Program-made: the position numbers and the translations under genes | Shown: one piece after another, positions 13,559 through 26,965 of the stretch | Layout of the letters: the number at the start of each line of letters is the position of its first letter | Position numbering within the stretch: position 1 is the stretch's first letter | Source of the DNA: Octopus vulgaris | Taxonomy: Eukaryota | Direction of reading: 5' to 3' | NCBI GenBank assembly: GCA_951406725.2 | Contig: OX597832.1 | Location: 57,412,001 to 57,476,000, forward strand | DNA: 64,000 bases | Notes under the pieces: generated by a model | What the model saw: the letters and a program-made list of their open reading frames with translations, nothing else | Told to the model about the DNA's origin: nothing | The model's database searches: none

Positions 13559-13825
13559 ATGCGTGGCACCTTGGGCAAGTGTCTTCTGACCAAAGCCCTG
13601 TGTATGTGTGTGTTTATGTTTGTGTGTCTGTGTTTGTCACCCCAACATCGCTTGACAACCGATGCTGGTGTGCTTGCGTCCCCTGTAACTTAGTGGTTCA
13701 GCAGAAGAGACCAGTAGAATAAGTACTAGGCTTACGAAGAATAAGTCCAGGGGTCGATTTGCTCGACTAAAGACGGTGCTCTGGCATGGCCACAGTCAAA
13801 TGTCTGAAACAAGTAAAAGAGAGTG
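13559..13825 (+). mobile_element. SINE family A, 5'-truncated and internally deleted
   Basis: gcgtggcaccttgggcaagtgtcttct joined to the standard 3' body. Confidence 0.8.
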
Positions 13826-14434
13826 AAGAGTATATAACCTTTTTTTCTGTGGACACAAGGCCTGAGATTTTGGAGTAAGGGCTTGATGAGTACATCAAGT
13901 GTTCAACTTGATGTACACAACTTAAAAGAATATTTGCATAGTATTCAAATAGAAGGGGCATTTTCCTTGTTTCTGCATGTCTCTTCCTCTTTTTTTTACT
14001 CTTGTGGGTTCGAGGTTGTTGTGAATTCTTGGCAGGGAAGAGAAAGAATAGTAAAAGAATGCGCGAGTGGTATGATAGTGGTAGGATGTTAAATGGTCAA
14101 GTGCCCTGAATGTAACTTGTTGTGGATGGTAGTAGTGATTGAATTCTTGAGGTATCTCTTTTAAATGTATTGTTTTTAATATTTGCGTGGGTGTTATTCT
14201 AAGCAGCAGTAGCAGTAAAGTAAGGAAGGAGGTGGTGAAGAAGAAGAAGGAAAGGGGGAGGAGAAGAAGAGAAAGAATAATAAAAGAATGCGGGAGTGGT
14301 ATGATAGTAGTTGGATGTTAAATGGTCAAGTGACCTAAAAGTGACTCATAGATTCTAGTAATGATTGGGACTGTTTTTAATGAATTCTTGGGTATTTCTT
14401 TTAAATATCATTTTTAATATTTATGTGTCTGTTA

Positions 14435-14850
14435 TTCTAAGGTCATGGTGGATATTTCATTTGTTGTAGATGTGTTCAGAAGGGGTATGTATTTTGTGAT
14501 AAAGAATGACTCTTTACTAATTTGTTGGCTACAGGTTGTATTGTCCTTAAATTGATAGAGGGGAAAAATTCTGAAGCTTGGATCTTTGTTATTGGTGCAA
14601 ATGTCGATGAGTTGATTGAATGCTATTTTTCGTTTTTTTTTTGAATTTTGATCTAGGATCTGTGCAGAGCCATCCTTTGACATAGACTGTTTTTTGTTTG
14701 GCCTATGTATTGCTCTTGACACCCAGAGCAGGTTAGTATGTATATCATGTTCTCTGAAGCACATGTGAAGCTGCTTTTCACTGTGAAGGAGAATTCTGAT
14801 CCGTCAATTAAGTTGACATATCCCACAGTTGGGTCTTATATCTAATATAA
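14435..14850 (-). mobile_element. Penelope-like GIY-YIG endonuclease fragment (decayed)
   Basis: Manual minus-strand translation gives RPNCGIC..SEFSFTVKSSFTCASENMIYILTCSGCQEQYIGQTKNSLCQRMALHRS*, then after a frameshift ..FRIFPLYQF..KESFFITKYIPLLN. This covers the Cys motif, IY...YIG and the terminal E..I....P.LN motif. Confidence 0.85.
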
Positions 14851-16349
14851 TAAATGCAAATGTCAATGTGTCACACTTTTTCAGTTTTACTCCTAGAGGC
14901 TGTAGCCCCCAACATATCATACCATTTTGGAATCAGGCCAACTCAGTGAGTAAATTATGAATATTCAGGGCCAAATCTGGACCCACAATCCTGAAATTTT
15001 GGATTCCCAAGTTTTCATTGCTGTGATTGTTTACGGAGATTTTCTCACATGATTTTTTGCGATGAACTTTTTTTTTGTATGATAACAATTTTTATAACTT
15101 GGAACTATATTTTGGGATTAATCGAAATTTATTGTGAAATCCATTGATTATTTTCGGCGATTATTTTTACATGACTTTTTGTGACAAATATGATCATCAT
15201 TGGGATATGACTCTGGAGGAAGTAATTGCAACAAATTCTTCAAATCAAGTTAGAGATCTGTTTACAGATCTTCCCATTCAGGGTCAGTAGCTTAAAAGCT
15301 ATATACCAGCTTAAAAGCCACCCGATAGGTAATCTGTACACCAAAGGGTTAAGGCAGATTTTCTATGATCAAGTACCCCTCTTGTTGCTAAGCAACATCT
15401 TTTCAAGCAAGGTAGTACTTCTCTTGGAAATGAATGGCAGTAATCTGCTTAATGGCCTCAGGGGAAAGTACGGGCTCTCCCAGGTCATATAGAGAGTGCT
15501 GGAGAAGGTTAACATGCATAATACCTGCGCAAGAGCAGACCACCCTTTGAATAGGCCATCATGATATGCACTCCCTAATTGTAAGATTGATTTTGGTGCC
15601 AAAAAAGTATTATATTTTTGTGTTGAATGGTAGCCAAGTAAATAAGTGTTTTTGGTGAATGAAAAAAAAATTGAACAGTCTTGACTTAGGGAAATAATTT
15701 ATCTAAAAACCAATTCTTAAAAAGTAATTAATGACTTTGGTGATTCAAAAAAAAAAAAAAAAAGACTATATGGCCATTTCGGTTCCTTAGATATTTCCTG
15801 AAAAACAAGATTGGCCTTGACTTAGGGGAACAATTTCACGGCAGACAATTCTTCAGAAGCAATTAATTGGAAGAACTCATGAATGTTTAGAGATGGCAGG
15901 TTCCGAAGAAACTGACAGCAAAACAAGAATGGCTTCGTTTTTGGGAATTTAGGGGCCTAAAAACAATTTAATTGAAAACAATTAAGAGGTAATGAATTAA
16001 TTAATTAATTGCCTCTAATTGGGGGGCAGTGGGGAAAATAAGCTGATCAAAGTAGTGTGTGTGTGTGTATGTGTGTGAGAGTGTGTGTTGGGGGTGTGTT
16101 GCTGTAGCATGGTCAGGCCCTGTCTTTCTGAAAGATTGTTGGATTGCTTTGTAAATCTTCACATGATTGTTGTTGGTTTGGCGTTTATTTTTGAAATATG
16201 TTCCTCAACAACTGAGCCATTACTGGCTACAGCAAGACCCCCCTCCTCCTCTCTTGCCCCTCCCCTGTCCTTTCCCTCCCCTCTACCCCTCTTCTGCCCC
16301 TCCACCCAGTACTTTAAGCAATCAGGTGATTTCATTTCTCTTTCTATAT

Positions 16350-16382
16350 TCATGTGTTTGTATGTGTGTATATATGTATGTT

Positions 16383-16432
<50 letters not shown>

Positions 16433-16508
16433 TGTATATATGTGTGTGTATGCACATATATGTGTATGTCCCTATATGCAGGTATGTGTATGTATATACG
16501 TATATATA

Positions 16509-16547
<39 letters not shown>

Positions 16548-16794
16548 GTATATGTATACGCACATGTATACCTGCATATACATGCTCATGTATATATATA
16601 TGTGTGTGTTTGTCTCTGGTCTGACTGTCTCTCTTAATATATGTTTGTGTGTGTATCTTATGTATATACATTTATGTGTTTACATTTATGTACATGCATG
16701 GTTATAAATGTCTGTGTATGCATACGCATATATATCTGCATTCTTATAAACGTATGCGTGTGTACATACACACACACATATATATATGTATATA

Positions 16795-16842
<48 letters not shown>

Positions 16843-16931
16843 AACAATGTATATGTATATATGTATATATGTGTGTATATATATGTATATGTAATATATA
16901 TGTATATGTAATATACATATATATGTATATG

Positions 16932-16971
<40 letters not shown>

Positions 16972-16997
16972 GTAATATATATGTATATGTAATATAC

Positions 16998-17037
<40 letters not shown>

Positions 17038-17177
17038 GTTTTTGTATATATATGTATATATGTATTATATATATATGTGTGTGTGTATATATATATATTT
17101 TTATATATTATATATATAATATATGTATTATATATATATATGTATATATATATATATGTATTATATATATATATGTA

Positions 17178-17225
<48 letters not shown>

Positions 17226-17293
17226 ATATACAAAAAAAAAAAAAAAAAAAAATATGTATATATGTTTAATATATGTATATGTATATGTATATA

Positions 17294-17339
<46 letters not shown>

Positions 17340-17374
17340 ATATATATATGTATATATATATATATATATATATG

Positions 17375-17417
<43 letters not shown>

Positions 17418-17798
17418 TACATATGTATATGTAACATGAAGGTAATTCAATATGTATGGCTTTGTGTTTGATGATCAGTAGGATGTGTAAAATCTGCATG
17501 TGATGTTTGTTTTAGATGAAATTCTAGACGGGATGACAGCATTTGTTGTTTTATGAACTCTGTTGTTGTTAAAGGCTGCATGCAAGCTTCATATCTCTGC
17601 TCCTTGCATGTAATCAGTAACTTTAGAAATGAAGTTTCAGCTCCCCACCATCTCTTATCTCCCTCTTCATCATTTTTTTTTTGTCACTGTCGGTCTGTCT
17701 GTCTATTTTGCTTTTCCTCTATCTACCTATCTATCTATCTGTCTGTCTGTCTTTTTCTGTAATGATGTATGTATGTATGTATCTGTCTATCTGACTGT

Positions 17799-17873
<75 letters not shown>

Positions 17874-18270
17874 ACTATCTATCTACCTACCTACCTACCT
17901 ACCTACCTTCCTACGTACCTACCTATCAACCTACTTACCTTTCTATGTATATATGTATGTATCTATCTATCTGTCTATCCATCTGTCTCTCTGTCTATCT
18001 ATCTATCTACCTACCTACCTACCTACCTCCCTATGTACCTACCTACCTACCTATCTATGTATGTATGTATCTATCTATGTATCTCTTCATCTCTCCATCT
18101 CTATCTGTCTGTCTGTCTGTCTGTCTCTGTCTCTCTCTCTCTCTATGTATCTATCTACCTACTTGTCTGTCTTTCTATCTATCTATCTATCTATCTGTCT
18201 TTCTTTGTAACTATGTATCTCTCTCTCTCTATTGATCTGTCTGTCTATCTATCTGCCTGCCCCCCCTCTC
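16350..18270. repeat. (TA)n-rich field (16350-17430) and (CTAT)n field (17720-18270)
   Basis: Directly visible. Confidence 0.9.
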
Positions 18271-19559
18271 TCTCTGTGACAAGTTATGTTGATTTATTGT
18301 TATGCAGTGTTAACTAGAAGGAGTTAGTCCTTTGCATAATGGCTATCTTTTTACACGGCACTGTTTGTTGTGCACATCAAAGATTTTGACTCATATGTCG
18401 CGACCATAGTTGTGTTGGTATGGCATGTAATATAGGAATGAACAAAGCATGCTAATGGGAGATGGGCGAGGGAAGCTCCCCCCCTCTCTCTGTGGCTGGC
18501 AGCAATGCTGGGGGTGGTGGTGTTTGCAGTAGTGGTAGTTGTGGTAGTGGTGGTGGCATTGGTTTGTTAGAACCTTCTGTGTGAGTGGTAGACCATAGAA
18601 GATATGAGATAAGGTGTGTAGATAAAATCTGAAAATACCAGGCTTTGCTCTGGAGATGTAATGGCCTGACCAGGTACTCTTTCAGTTATGACAACGACTG
18701 TTCCAGTAGATTTGAATAATGCAACAGCCTGCTCATGAAATTATCATGCAAGTGGCTGAGTATTTCACAGACATGTGTACCCTTAATGAAGTTCTCAGGT
18801 TGGCCCATTTGAATTACAGGTACAACTCATTTTTGCCTGCTGTGTGGACTGGAGCAGCAACGTGAGATAAAATGTCTTGTTCAAGGATATAATGCACCAC
18901 TGGATATTGAACTCATGGTCTTATGATCATGAACTGAATGTCCTAACCACTTAGCCATGTGCCTCCACTGATTTGAGGATGCTACATTGAGCTGCATAGA
19001 AAGATGTATCACAAATTTGTCCATCTGACGCTAGTGTACATGGAAAAAATAGGTGTTAAAACTATGTTGAATAGCAATGAAAATCTCTTTTGGTAGAACG
19101 GTTCTATATTCCTGAGAAAATTATGTATACTGTACATAATTGGTTATGTTTGAATATAAATACCTTGTGATATTTATATCTGATTTAGTCACCCCTCTTT
19201 ATGTCAGTGTCTATTTTGTATATTTGTATTTTACAAGAATGACGAAATAAATTGCGGATAAATTATTGGTGTGAATTTGAAAGCCATCCCACAACATGGT
19301 TGCTTTCCAATGATCGAAGCCAGTTAAGAAAAAGTATTGTCTTAAGGCTGAGGATTCATTGGGTTTATTATCTGGCTTTCGTAGCATATAAGTAGTTGTG
19401 GCTGGTGCTGGTGGCACGTAGTGAAAGCACTGGTGCCGGTGACACATAAAAGCACCTGTGTCAGAGACACATAAAACACCTGTGCTGGTGACATGTGAAA
19501 GCACCTGTGCCAGTGACACAAATATCACCTCTGCTGGTGACACATAAAAGGCACCCATT

Positions 19560-19852
19560 GTTTGTTCCTTCTCAAGCCATGCCTGGTTCATAGGGCCGGT
19601 TTCCTTGGCGCATAGGTTCCCCACCTGGACGGGATGCCGGTCTGTCGCTGGTGAGCTGCAAGATGCAGGGAGAAAGAGCGAGAGAAAGTTATGGCGAAAG
19701 AGTCAGCAGAAGTTCGCCATTACCTTCTGCCGGAGCTGCGTGGAGCTTAGGTGTTTCGCTCATTAACACACACATCACCCGGTCTGAGATTCGAACTCAC
19801 GATCCCTCGACCGCGAGTCCGCTGCTCTAACCACTAGGCCATGTGCCTCCAC
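19560..19852 (-). mobile_element. tRNA-derived SINE family E with a 14-bp target-site duplication, inserted in a family B element
   Basis: Head gtggaggcacatggcctagtggttagagcagcggactcgcggtc...gttcgaatc on the minus strand. TSD aaaaggcacccatt at 19546-19559 and 19853-19866. Confidence 0.9.
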
Positions 19853-20407
19853 AAAAGGCACCCATTACACTCTGTAAGATAGTTGGTGTTAGGGAGGACA
19901 TCCAGCTGTAGAAACCAAGCTGAATCAGATTGGAACCTGGTGCAGCTCTCTGCCTTCTAACCCTTGCATGGAAAGTGGATGCCAAATGATGATGCTGATG
20001 ATGAGGGTAAGTGATTGAGATCACAGTACTCCCTCTGAATTGAATGCCAGTCCATCTCAGAGTTACACATTTACAGCTGAGTGGACTGGAGCAAAAGGGA
20101 CAGAAGTGTTTTGTTCAAGAGCACAACACACTGCCCAGTCCAGGAATCAAAACCATGACCTTGCAGTCATGAGTCCAACACCCTAACCACTAGGCCATGT
20201 GCCTTCACAAAACCAGTTAAAAATAGTAAAGCTTTTAAGAGGTGACGAATCGAAAAGGAGGATGAAATAGTGTTATTCATGACTGCCAGTGATTTTAAGA
20301 ACTTTATCTCATGCAAATGAAAAAGAGAACAGAAAAATATATAAGAGTTACGTATGAGTCTGCTCTTCAGTCTTTTATATAAATTCTTCAACATGAGTGG
20401 TTGTGTA

Positions 20408-20568
20408 GGCACAGGAGTGTCTGTGTGGTAAGTAGCTTGCCTACCAACCACATGATTCCAGGATCAGTCTCACTGTGTGGCACCTTGGGCAAGGGTCTTC
20501 TACTATAGCCTTGGGCCTATCAAAACCTTGTGAGTGGATTTGGTAGATGGAAACTGAAAGAAGCCCGT

Positions 20569-20655
<87 letters not shown>

Positions 20656-20838
20656 GTGTGTCCCCCTAACATGCTGGTGTGTTTACGTCTCTGTAACTTA
20701 GTGGTCTGGTGAAAGAGATCGATAGAATAAGTACTAGGCTTACAAAGAATAAGTCCTGGGGTCAGTTTGCTCGACTAAAGGTGGTGCTCCAGCATGGCTG
20801 CAGTCAAACGACTGAAACAAATAAAAGGATAAAGAAAT
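20408..20838 (+). mobile_element. SINE family A, full length, with an expanded internal (TA)n
   Basis: Head ggcacaggagtgtctgtgtggtaagtagcttgc, about 80 bp of (TA)n, then the standard 3' body. Confidence 0.85.
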
Positions 20839-23025
20839 ACTTAATGCTAGAACTAATTCTCTCCCTTTCAGTTGCACTCTCTAGTGCAGTCATGAAAAAT
20901 TCTAGATTAACATCTTAAACAGGCATCTTGTGTTCTAACCTTTATCCTTTGTCAGTTATAAGAGCATCATTAAAAAGGCATTTCTTTTCTTGGCTATTGT
21001 TGCTGAAAGTCTGATACACATTTTGTTTTATTTTGTTTCAATTTTATTTTGTCACCATAGCAGCATAAATGTAGTTTATTTGTAAACTAATTGCTTTAGA
21101 CATCAGTTTTGTACTGCAGAATATCAAATGAGTAATATTCGTTTAGAGGTCCAAACATATTTCTCATGAGTTGTTATGTTAATTGTTGGCGCTTTGCAGA
21201 AAATGATGTTTGTTGTAAGAGCTTATCATTTTATTAACAGAAGTTTCTACGTTGGAGGACTCAATCATTCATGCCAGCAGCATCTGTTGCAGCATCCTGC
21301 AGTTTCTACGTGTCAGCTTCTTTTTTAGATGATAAAGTGTTTTGGTATTACGGGGTTTGTTGTTGTTGGTTTTGTTTTCCTGAAAGGAAATATTTTTTTG
21401 AATTAAAAACATATCAAGTCAGATCCTAGCAGACACATTCCGACCGTTTTACGTTGTTGAATGCAAGCGTTTATTCATGCGATTTCTATTAAGCCATGTG
21501 TCTTTGACTGGTTGAACATTTCCCTGTTAGCAGCTAACACAACAATGGTGTGTTCTGATTTTGGCATGGGGTCAGCAATTTTGAGGGGTGGGGGTGGGGA
21601 GTTAGTCATATCATCAGCCTCAGTACATGACTGGTACTTATTTATTTTATTGACACCCCCCCCACACTACTAAAATGACGAGCGGCAAAGTTGACCTTAG
21701 TGGAATTTGAATTCAGAACTTAGAACCTGAAGAAATACTGTATGACATTTTTGTTCTGATAATCTAACAATTCTTTCAACTTGGCACCTCAGCAGCAGCA
21801 GTTGCAGCAACAGTAGTAGTAGTAGTAGTAGTAGTATGGGAGCATGTGTCGTAACAGTGGGTCGCTGCATCCACCGATTGTTGGTGATTTCCTACTCCTG
21901 GTGAACGAACACCCCTACAACCTATGAGCTTTCTTGGTGTAGGTAGCTGTTAGCAATTTATTCCAGAAGCTGTTACTACTACAGCTCGTTCCCTTAACGA
22001 CTAATTTATTTGTGTGTAAGTAATTAAATACATATCTTGAGCTCAGTTTTCTTCTAGTTTTAGTTTCAGATTAAATTGGTTTCCCCCTTGCGAAATGGCA
22101 AATAGTTTAACTCCATATTTCTCAGACTGGTTCTGCTGTAATAGCGTATTTCCACAGGCATTTTCTAAACAGTTCTGACAAAGGAAAAGAAAATGGAATC
22201 GAAATTTCCTTGTTTCATCATTTTAATTATAATTGTTACCCATTGAAAAACTAGAAGATTTCATGCTTTTGTGTTAGAGATTGTAAGATCAATGGTGTTC
22301 CGTTGTCGAAGTAAGCAGGTCGAGAAAAAAATGCTTTCCCTTCAAGGACAGAAAGGTCTTTGAGATTAGCGTTCTCTGAATGGTAACTTCAAATTAAAAA
22401 CTTACTAAGACTTCTGAAAACCAAGTAACAGCAGCTTCCCTTTGAGACATTATCGTATTATAACCTGCCCTTTTTTTCTTGCTTCTTTTTGCTTTTCTCT
22501 TTAAGTTATAGATTTAAAATAATTTTGTTTTATCACCACCACCACCACCACCACCATCACTGCAACTGCTGCTTCCTTCTTCTCCACTACCTCCTCATCC
22601 TCCAACGCCTCCTCTACCGCCACCATCTCATCCTCCATTGCCACCTTTTCATCCTCCACTGCCACCTCTTCGCTCTCCACTGCTGCCTCCTCATCCTCCA
22701 CCACCACCTCCTCATCTTCCATCGCTATCTTCTCATCTTCTACCACTGCCACCTCATCCTCTGCTGCTACTACCACAGCCAACAACAACAACAACAAGAA
22801 CATAAGCATAGGTGTGGCTGTGTAGTTAGAAATTTCCTTCCCAGAAACTGGAATCTGGACAGCTCCCTGGCTGGCCAGTGCCTGTGAAACCGTCCAACCC
22901 ATGACAGCATGAAAAGCGGACATTATAAACAATGATTAGGATGACACACATGCACAACACACACAGACACACAGACACATGCACACACATATATGTGTGT
23001 GTGTGCATGTATGTATATATATATA

Positions 23026-23088
<63 letters not shown>

Positions 23089-23875
23089 CAAATAAGAAAA
23101 TGGAGAAACAAATTTGGTTTGTTCATCAACTTACTGATATTATAATGTTGGATTATTTATTCATTTTACAAATGAGAACATCAAAAGCTTACAAAAATAT
23201 TATATAAATCAATAGATAAGATAATAATACTAATACAGATTTTAAAAGTCATAGTATAAATTAATGAAATCCTAAAAATTACAGCCTATGGTCAAAAGTG
23301 AATCTAATTTTCATTGCCTCTAGATGTCAATATACTAAGGTTGTTGGCATTTAAAAAATAAAATACTTATATGTTAAAAGAAAACCATAGACCTTGTCAG
23401 AGGTTATAATTAACTTTAAAAACATTAATAATAATATTAATATACTAAACATGATGCACGTATTACTTATTATATAAAAATAAACGATAAAAAAATATCC
23501 AAATCTGGATGATGTGGCAGTTTGTTGTACTTTATGAGACATGTGAAGCTAAGTAAAGTCGCTGTCTTTCCCACATACAGCCTCGTCTTTTCAGGTGCTG
23601 GTGCCACTTAAAAAGCCCTCGTGCTGGTACTGCATAAACACACCCATGCTGGTGCTGTGTGAGTGTACCTGTGCTGGTGCTGCTTAAAATGCACCTGTGC
23701 CAGTGGTATGGAGTAAGCACCCAGCACACTCTATTAAATGGTTGGCATTAGAAAGGGCATCCATAGAAACCATGTCGCAAGAGACAACTGGAGTCTGGAC
23801 AGCACCCTGGCTGGCCAGCTCTTTATCAAACTGTCCAACCCATGCCAGCATGGAAAGCAGACATTAAATGATGAT

Positions 23876-23906
<31 letters not shown>

Positions 23907-24019
23907 GCACATGCATACACACACATACACACATACATACGCACACATGCACACACATATATATGTGTATGTGTGTGTGCATGTATGTATCTATGTATAT
24001 ATATATATGTGTGTGTGTG

Positions 24020-24094
<75 letters not shown>

Positions 24095-24099
<5 letters not shown>

Positions 24100-24261
24100 G
24101 AAAAAAGCCCCAGCTTTTATCAATTCAAAATGAACAATTAAATTACACCATCTAGAAAATTACATATAATAGAAATATCAAAATTAAAATAACAATAAAA
24201 TAAGATGGTGTAATTTAATTGTTCATTTTGAATTGATTAAAGGTGGGGCTTTTTTCTAATT
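24095..24261. repeat. Inverted repeat, 59-bp arms, 49-nt spacer
   Basis: 24095-24153 versus 24203-24261 with two mismatches; adjoins (TA)n. Confidence 0.9.
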
Positions 24262-24385
24262 TTTTATATATATATTATATTGTGTGAAATTTGATCTCGT
24301 ATTTCTAAATTGAATTTTTTTCCTTGTAAGTTTGGATTTTATTCCCTCAAATAATAACAACAACAACAATAATAATAATAATAAT

Positions 24386-24450
<65 letters not shown>

Positions 24451-24660
24451 GGAGATGTGGCAACAGACAGCTCTGTATCAAACTGTCCAACTCATGCCAG
24501 CATGGAAAGCGGACATTATAAACAATGATGATGATGATGATGATGGTGCTGATAATGATGTTGCAACATGTAGGTATTTCATGTTGCTTTTTTTTTTTTA
24601 AATGTTCCTTGTGGTAATTTTGAAAAGCAATTTTCATATTTTCATGTTTCTTATTTTTAG

Positions 24661-24785
24661 TGGTCCTACGCCCTGGAAAAACCCAACACTGGAAGCATTT
24701 TCTGTTTGGCTTGGTCCACTGATGGAACTCAAGTTTCTGGTGCTTGTGGCATTGGTCAAGTGATTATCGGTCATTTAGTTGACAG
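24661..24785 (+). CDS. IFT80: IFT80 (intraflagellar transport protein 80) internal exon A, WD40 region
   Basis: Acceptor ttatttttAG ends at 24660; donor AG|gtaagt at 24786. Translates [41 protein letters not shown](R), matching the recalled IFT80 segment [32 protein letters not shown]. 125 nt, phase 0 to 2. Not in the ORF track. Confidence 0.96.
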
Positions 24786-25060
24786 GTAAGTTGGTTGGAA
24801 TTATTTCAAAACATCCTTTCGGAAATATGAACTTGTCTGTGTTATCTCTGATTAAAAGATGGATAATCTTATAAATGTAAAAAGAATAACAACTTAAACT
24901 GTGGCTTTCAATATTTATATATATAAAGACCCCAATATTTATATATATAAACACCCCAATATTTATATATATAAAGATCCCCCCAAAACTATGGACATTG
25001 TTGAATATAGAGACAGGTTTTTTTTTCCTATGTTCATATTAATGGCAATATGGATTTTAA

Positions 25061-25519
25061 CCCTTTCGTTACCAAACTGGCTGAAACCGGCTCTGGCTCT
25101 GTAGTACAAATGTCTTGCTTTCATAGGTTTTGAATTAAAATCTTCCACCAAACCTTAGTCACAATTTATGTTCCTAACACTAGCTTAATGATAATTAATT
25201 AATTTTACTAAATTCTTTGTTAGGATTAAAATTAATTGAAAGAAACACAGAGCATCTCAACAGAAATATGGTAACAAAGGGGTTAAAATAGAATTGAGAA
25301 AGAATTCTTAACCCTTTCGATACCAACCCGGCTGAAACTGCCTCTGGCTCTGTAGTACAAATGTCTTGTTTTCATAAGTTTTGAATTAAAATCTTCCACC
25401 AAACCTTAGTTACAATTTATGTTCCTAACACTAGTTCAATGGTAACTAAATTCTTTGTTATATTTAAAGTAATTGAAAGAAACACAGAGCATCTCAAAAT
25501 AAATACGGTAACGAAAGGG
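25061..25519. mobile_element. Tandem dimer of TTAA-flanked piggyBac-like MITEs (25061-25282 and 25312-25519)
   Basis: ttaa|CCCTTTCGTTACC...GGTAACAAAGGGG|ttaa, then ttaa|CCCTTTCGATACC...GGTAACGAAAGGG|ttga. Terminal inverted repeats with CCC/GGG ends and TTAA targets. Confidence 0.85.
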
Positions 25520-26621
25520 TTGAAGATAAGATTTGTTATAATTTTGTGGTTCTTGTGTGTTTGCCGTTTCTGTTTGTAAAAGAATTGTGGTTTTTGCCTG
25601 AATTGTTTGCTGTAGAAGACAATTACAATTTCCAAAGACAGACAAACGCAAGGAATCAAGCTGTGCCGAAATCCATTCAATTTTACATATAAAAATATAT
25701 TTACATATTCCTTTTTCCTTTTATTCTTTTATTTGGTTCAGTGATTTGACTGCAGCCATGCTGGAGCACTACCTTTACTTGAACAAATCTTCCCCAGGAC
25801 TTATTCTTTGTAAGCCTAGTACTTATTCTGTCGGTCCCTTTTGCCGAACCATTAGGTTTCGGGGTCATAAAATGCACCAACATTAGTTGTCAAGCGATGG
25901 CGGTGGGACAAACACAGACACACAGACATATACACACACATATATATGTATATATATACAACGGGCTTCTTTCAGTTTCCATCTATCAAATCCACTCACA
26001 AGGCAGAAGACACTTGCGCAAGTTGCCATGCTGTGGGTCTGAACACAGAACCATGTGGTTGGGAAGCAGGCTTCTTACCACACAGCTACGCCTATATATA
26101 TTATCGATCGCGCATACTCAATCTATGCCGGTTGGCTGCAGAATAGTGCTCTAAGGACAGCTCCTTTGTAGTACAGGAGAGAGAGCTCACCTTCAGAATC
26201 CCATCCAGGAGTGATAGGTACTGAGAAACGTTAGCACGACAGGCGAAATGCTTATCGGTATTTCGTCTGCCGCCAATCTGAGTTCAAATTCTGCCGAGGT
26301 CGACTTTGCTCTTCATCCTTTCGGGGTTGATTAAATAAGTATCAGTTACGCACTGGGGTCGATATAATCGACTTAATCCGTTTGTCTGTCCTTGTTTGTC
26401 CCCTCTGTGCTTAGCCCCTTGTGGGTAGTAAAGAAATAGGTATGTCTATGATTTTAAGGGGTTTTAAAACACAGTGTTATGAGGGAGTCATCCACATAAT
26501 GCTGTTCCGCAGCCAACTAGTAAACAAGCAATGCACATACATTTGAGTATGTGCAGTCGATAATGTTTACAAGAAGAGTGCTACTCTTGATTCATAATTG
26601 AATATGTGTGTGTGTGAGAGA

Positions 26622-26679
<58 letters not shown>

Positions 26680-26702
26680 TAGAAAGTCCTTGGTACAGTA
26701 TT

Positions 26703-26849
26703 AGATACTTGAAAAAATGAATTCAAATCGCTTTTCTGATAATTTTTCCACTTTGATAATTAACTTATAAACACCTAATTATTAAAGTGGAAAAATTATC
26801 AGGAAAGCCATTTTTATTAATTTTAAAAAATATCTATTTTCAAGTGTCT
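26703..26849. repeat. Imperfect foldback between (TA)n tracts
   Basis: Core 26730-26808 (ctgataatttttccacttt / aaagtggaaaaattatcag) plus outer agatacttgaaaa / ttttcaagtgtct. Confidence 0.8.
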
Positions 26850-26850
26850 G

Positions 26851-26881
<31 letters not shown>

Positions 26882-26929
26882 CCCACATATATATATATAT
26901 ATGTGTGTGCGTGTGTGTATGTATGTGTG

Positions 26930-26965
<36 letters not shown>

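Noticed and set aside
15190-15600. Coding-looking segment with ORFs on both strands
   Set aside because: No recognisable motif or exon boundaries; possibly a decayed element that needs BLASTX.
19400-19560. Regularly spaced short repeats (also 23595-23725, 30590-30900 and 52675-52790) that look like a CRISPR array
   Set aside because: These are degenerate tandem subunits of retroposon family B with no unique spacers and no cas genes, in eukaryotic intron context.
24911-24985. Three copies of a 24-bp unit (aatatttatatatataaagacccc); also a 22-bp duplication at 28987-29050
   Set aside because: Ordinary local slippage duplications with no further structure.
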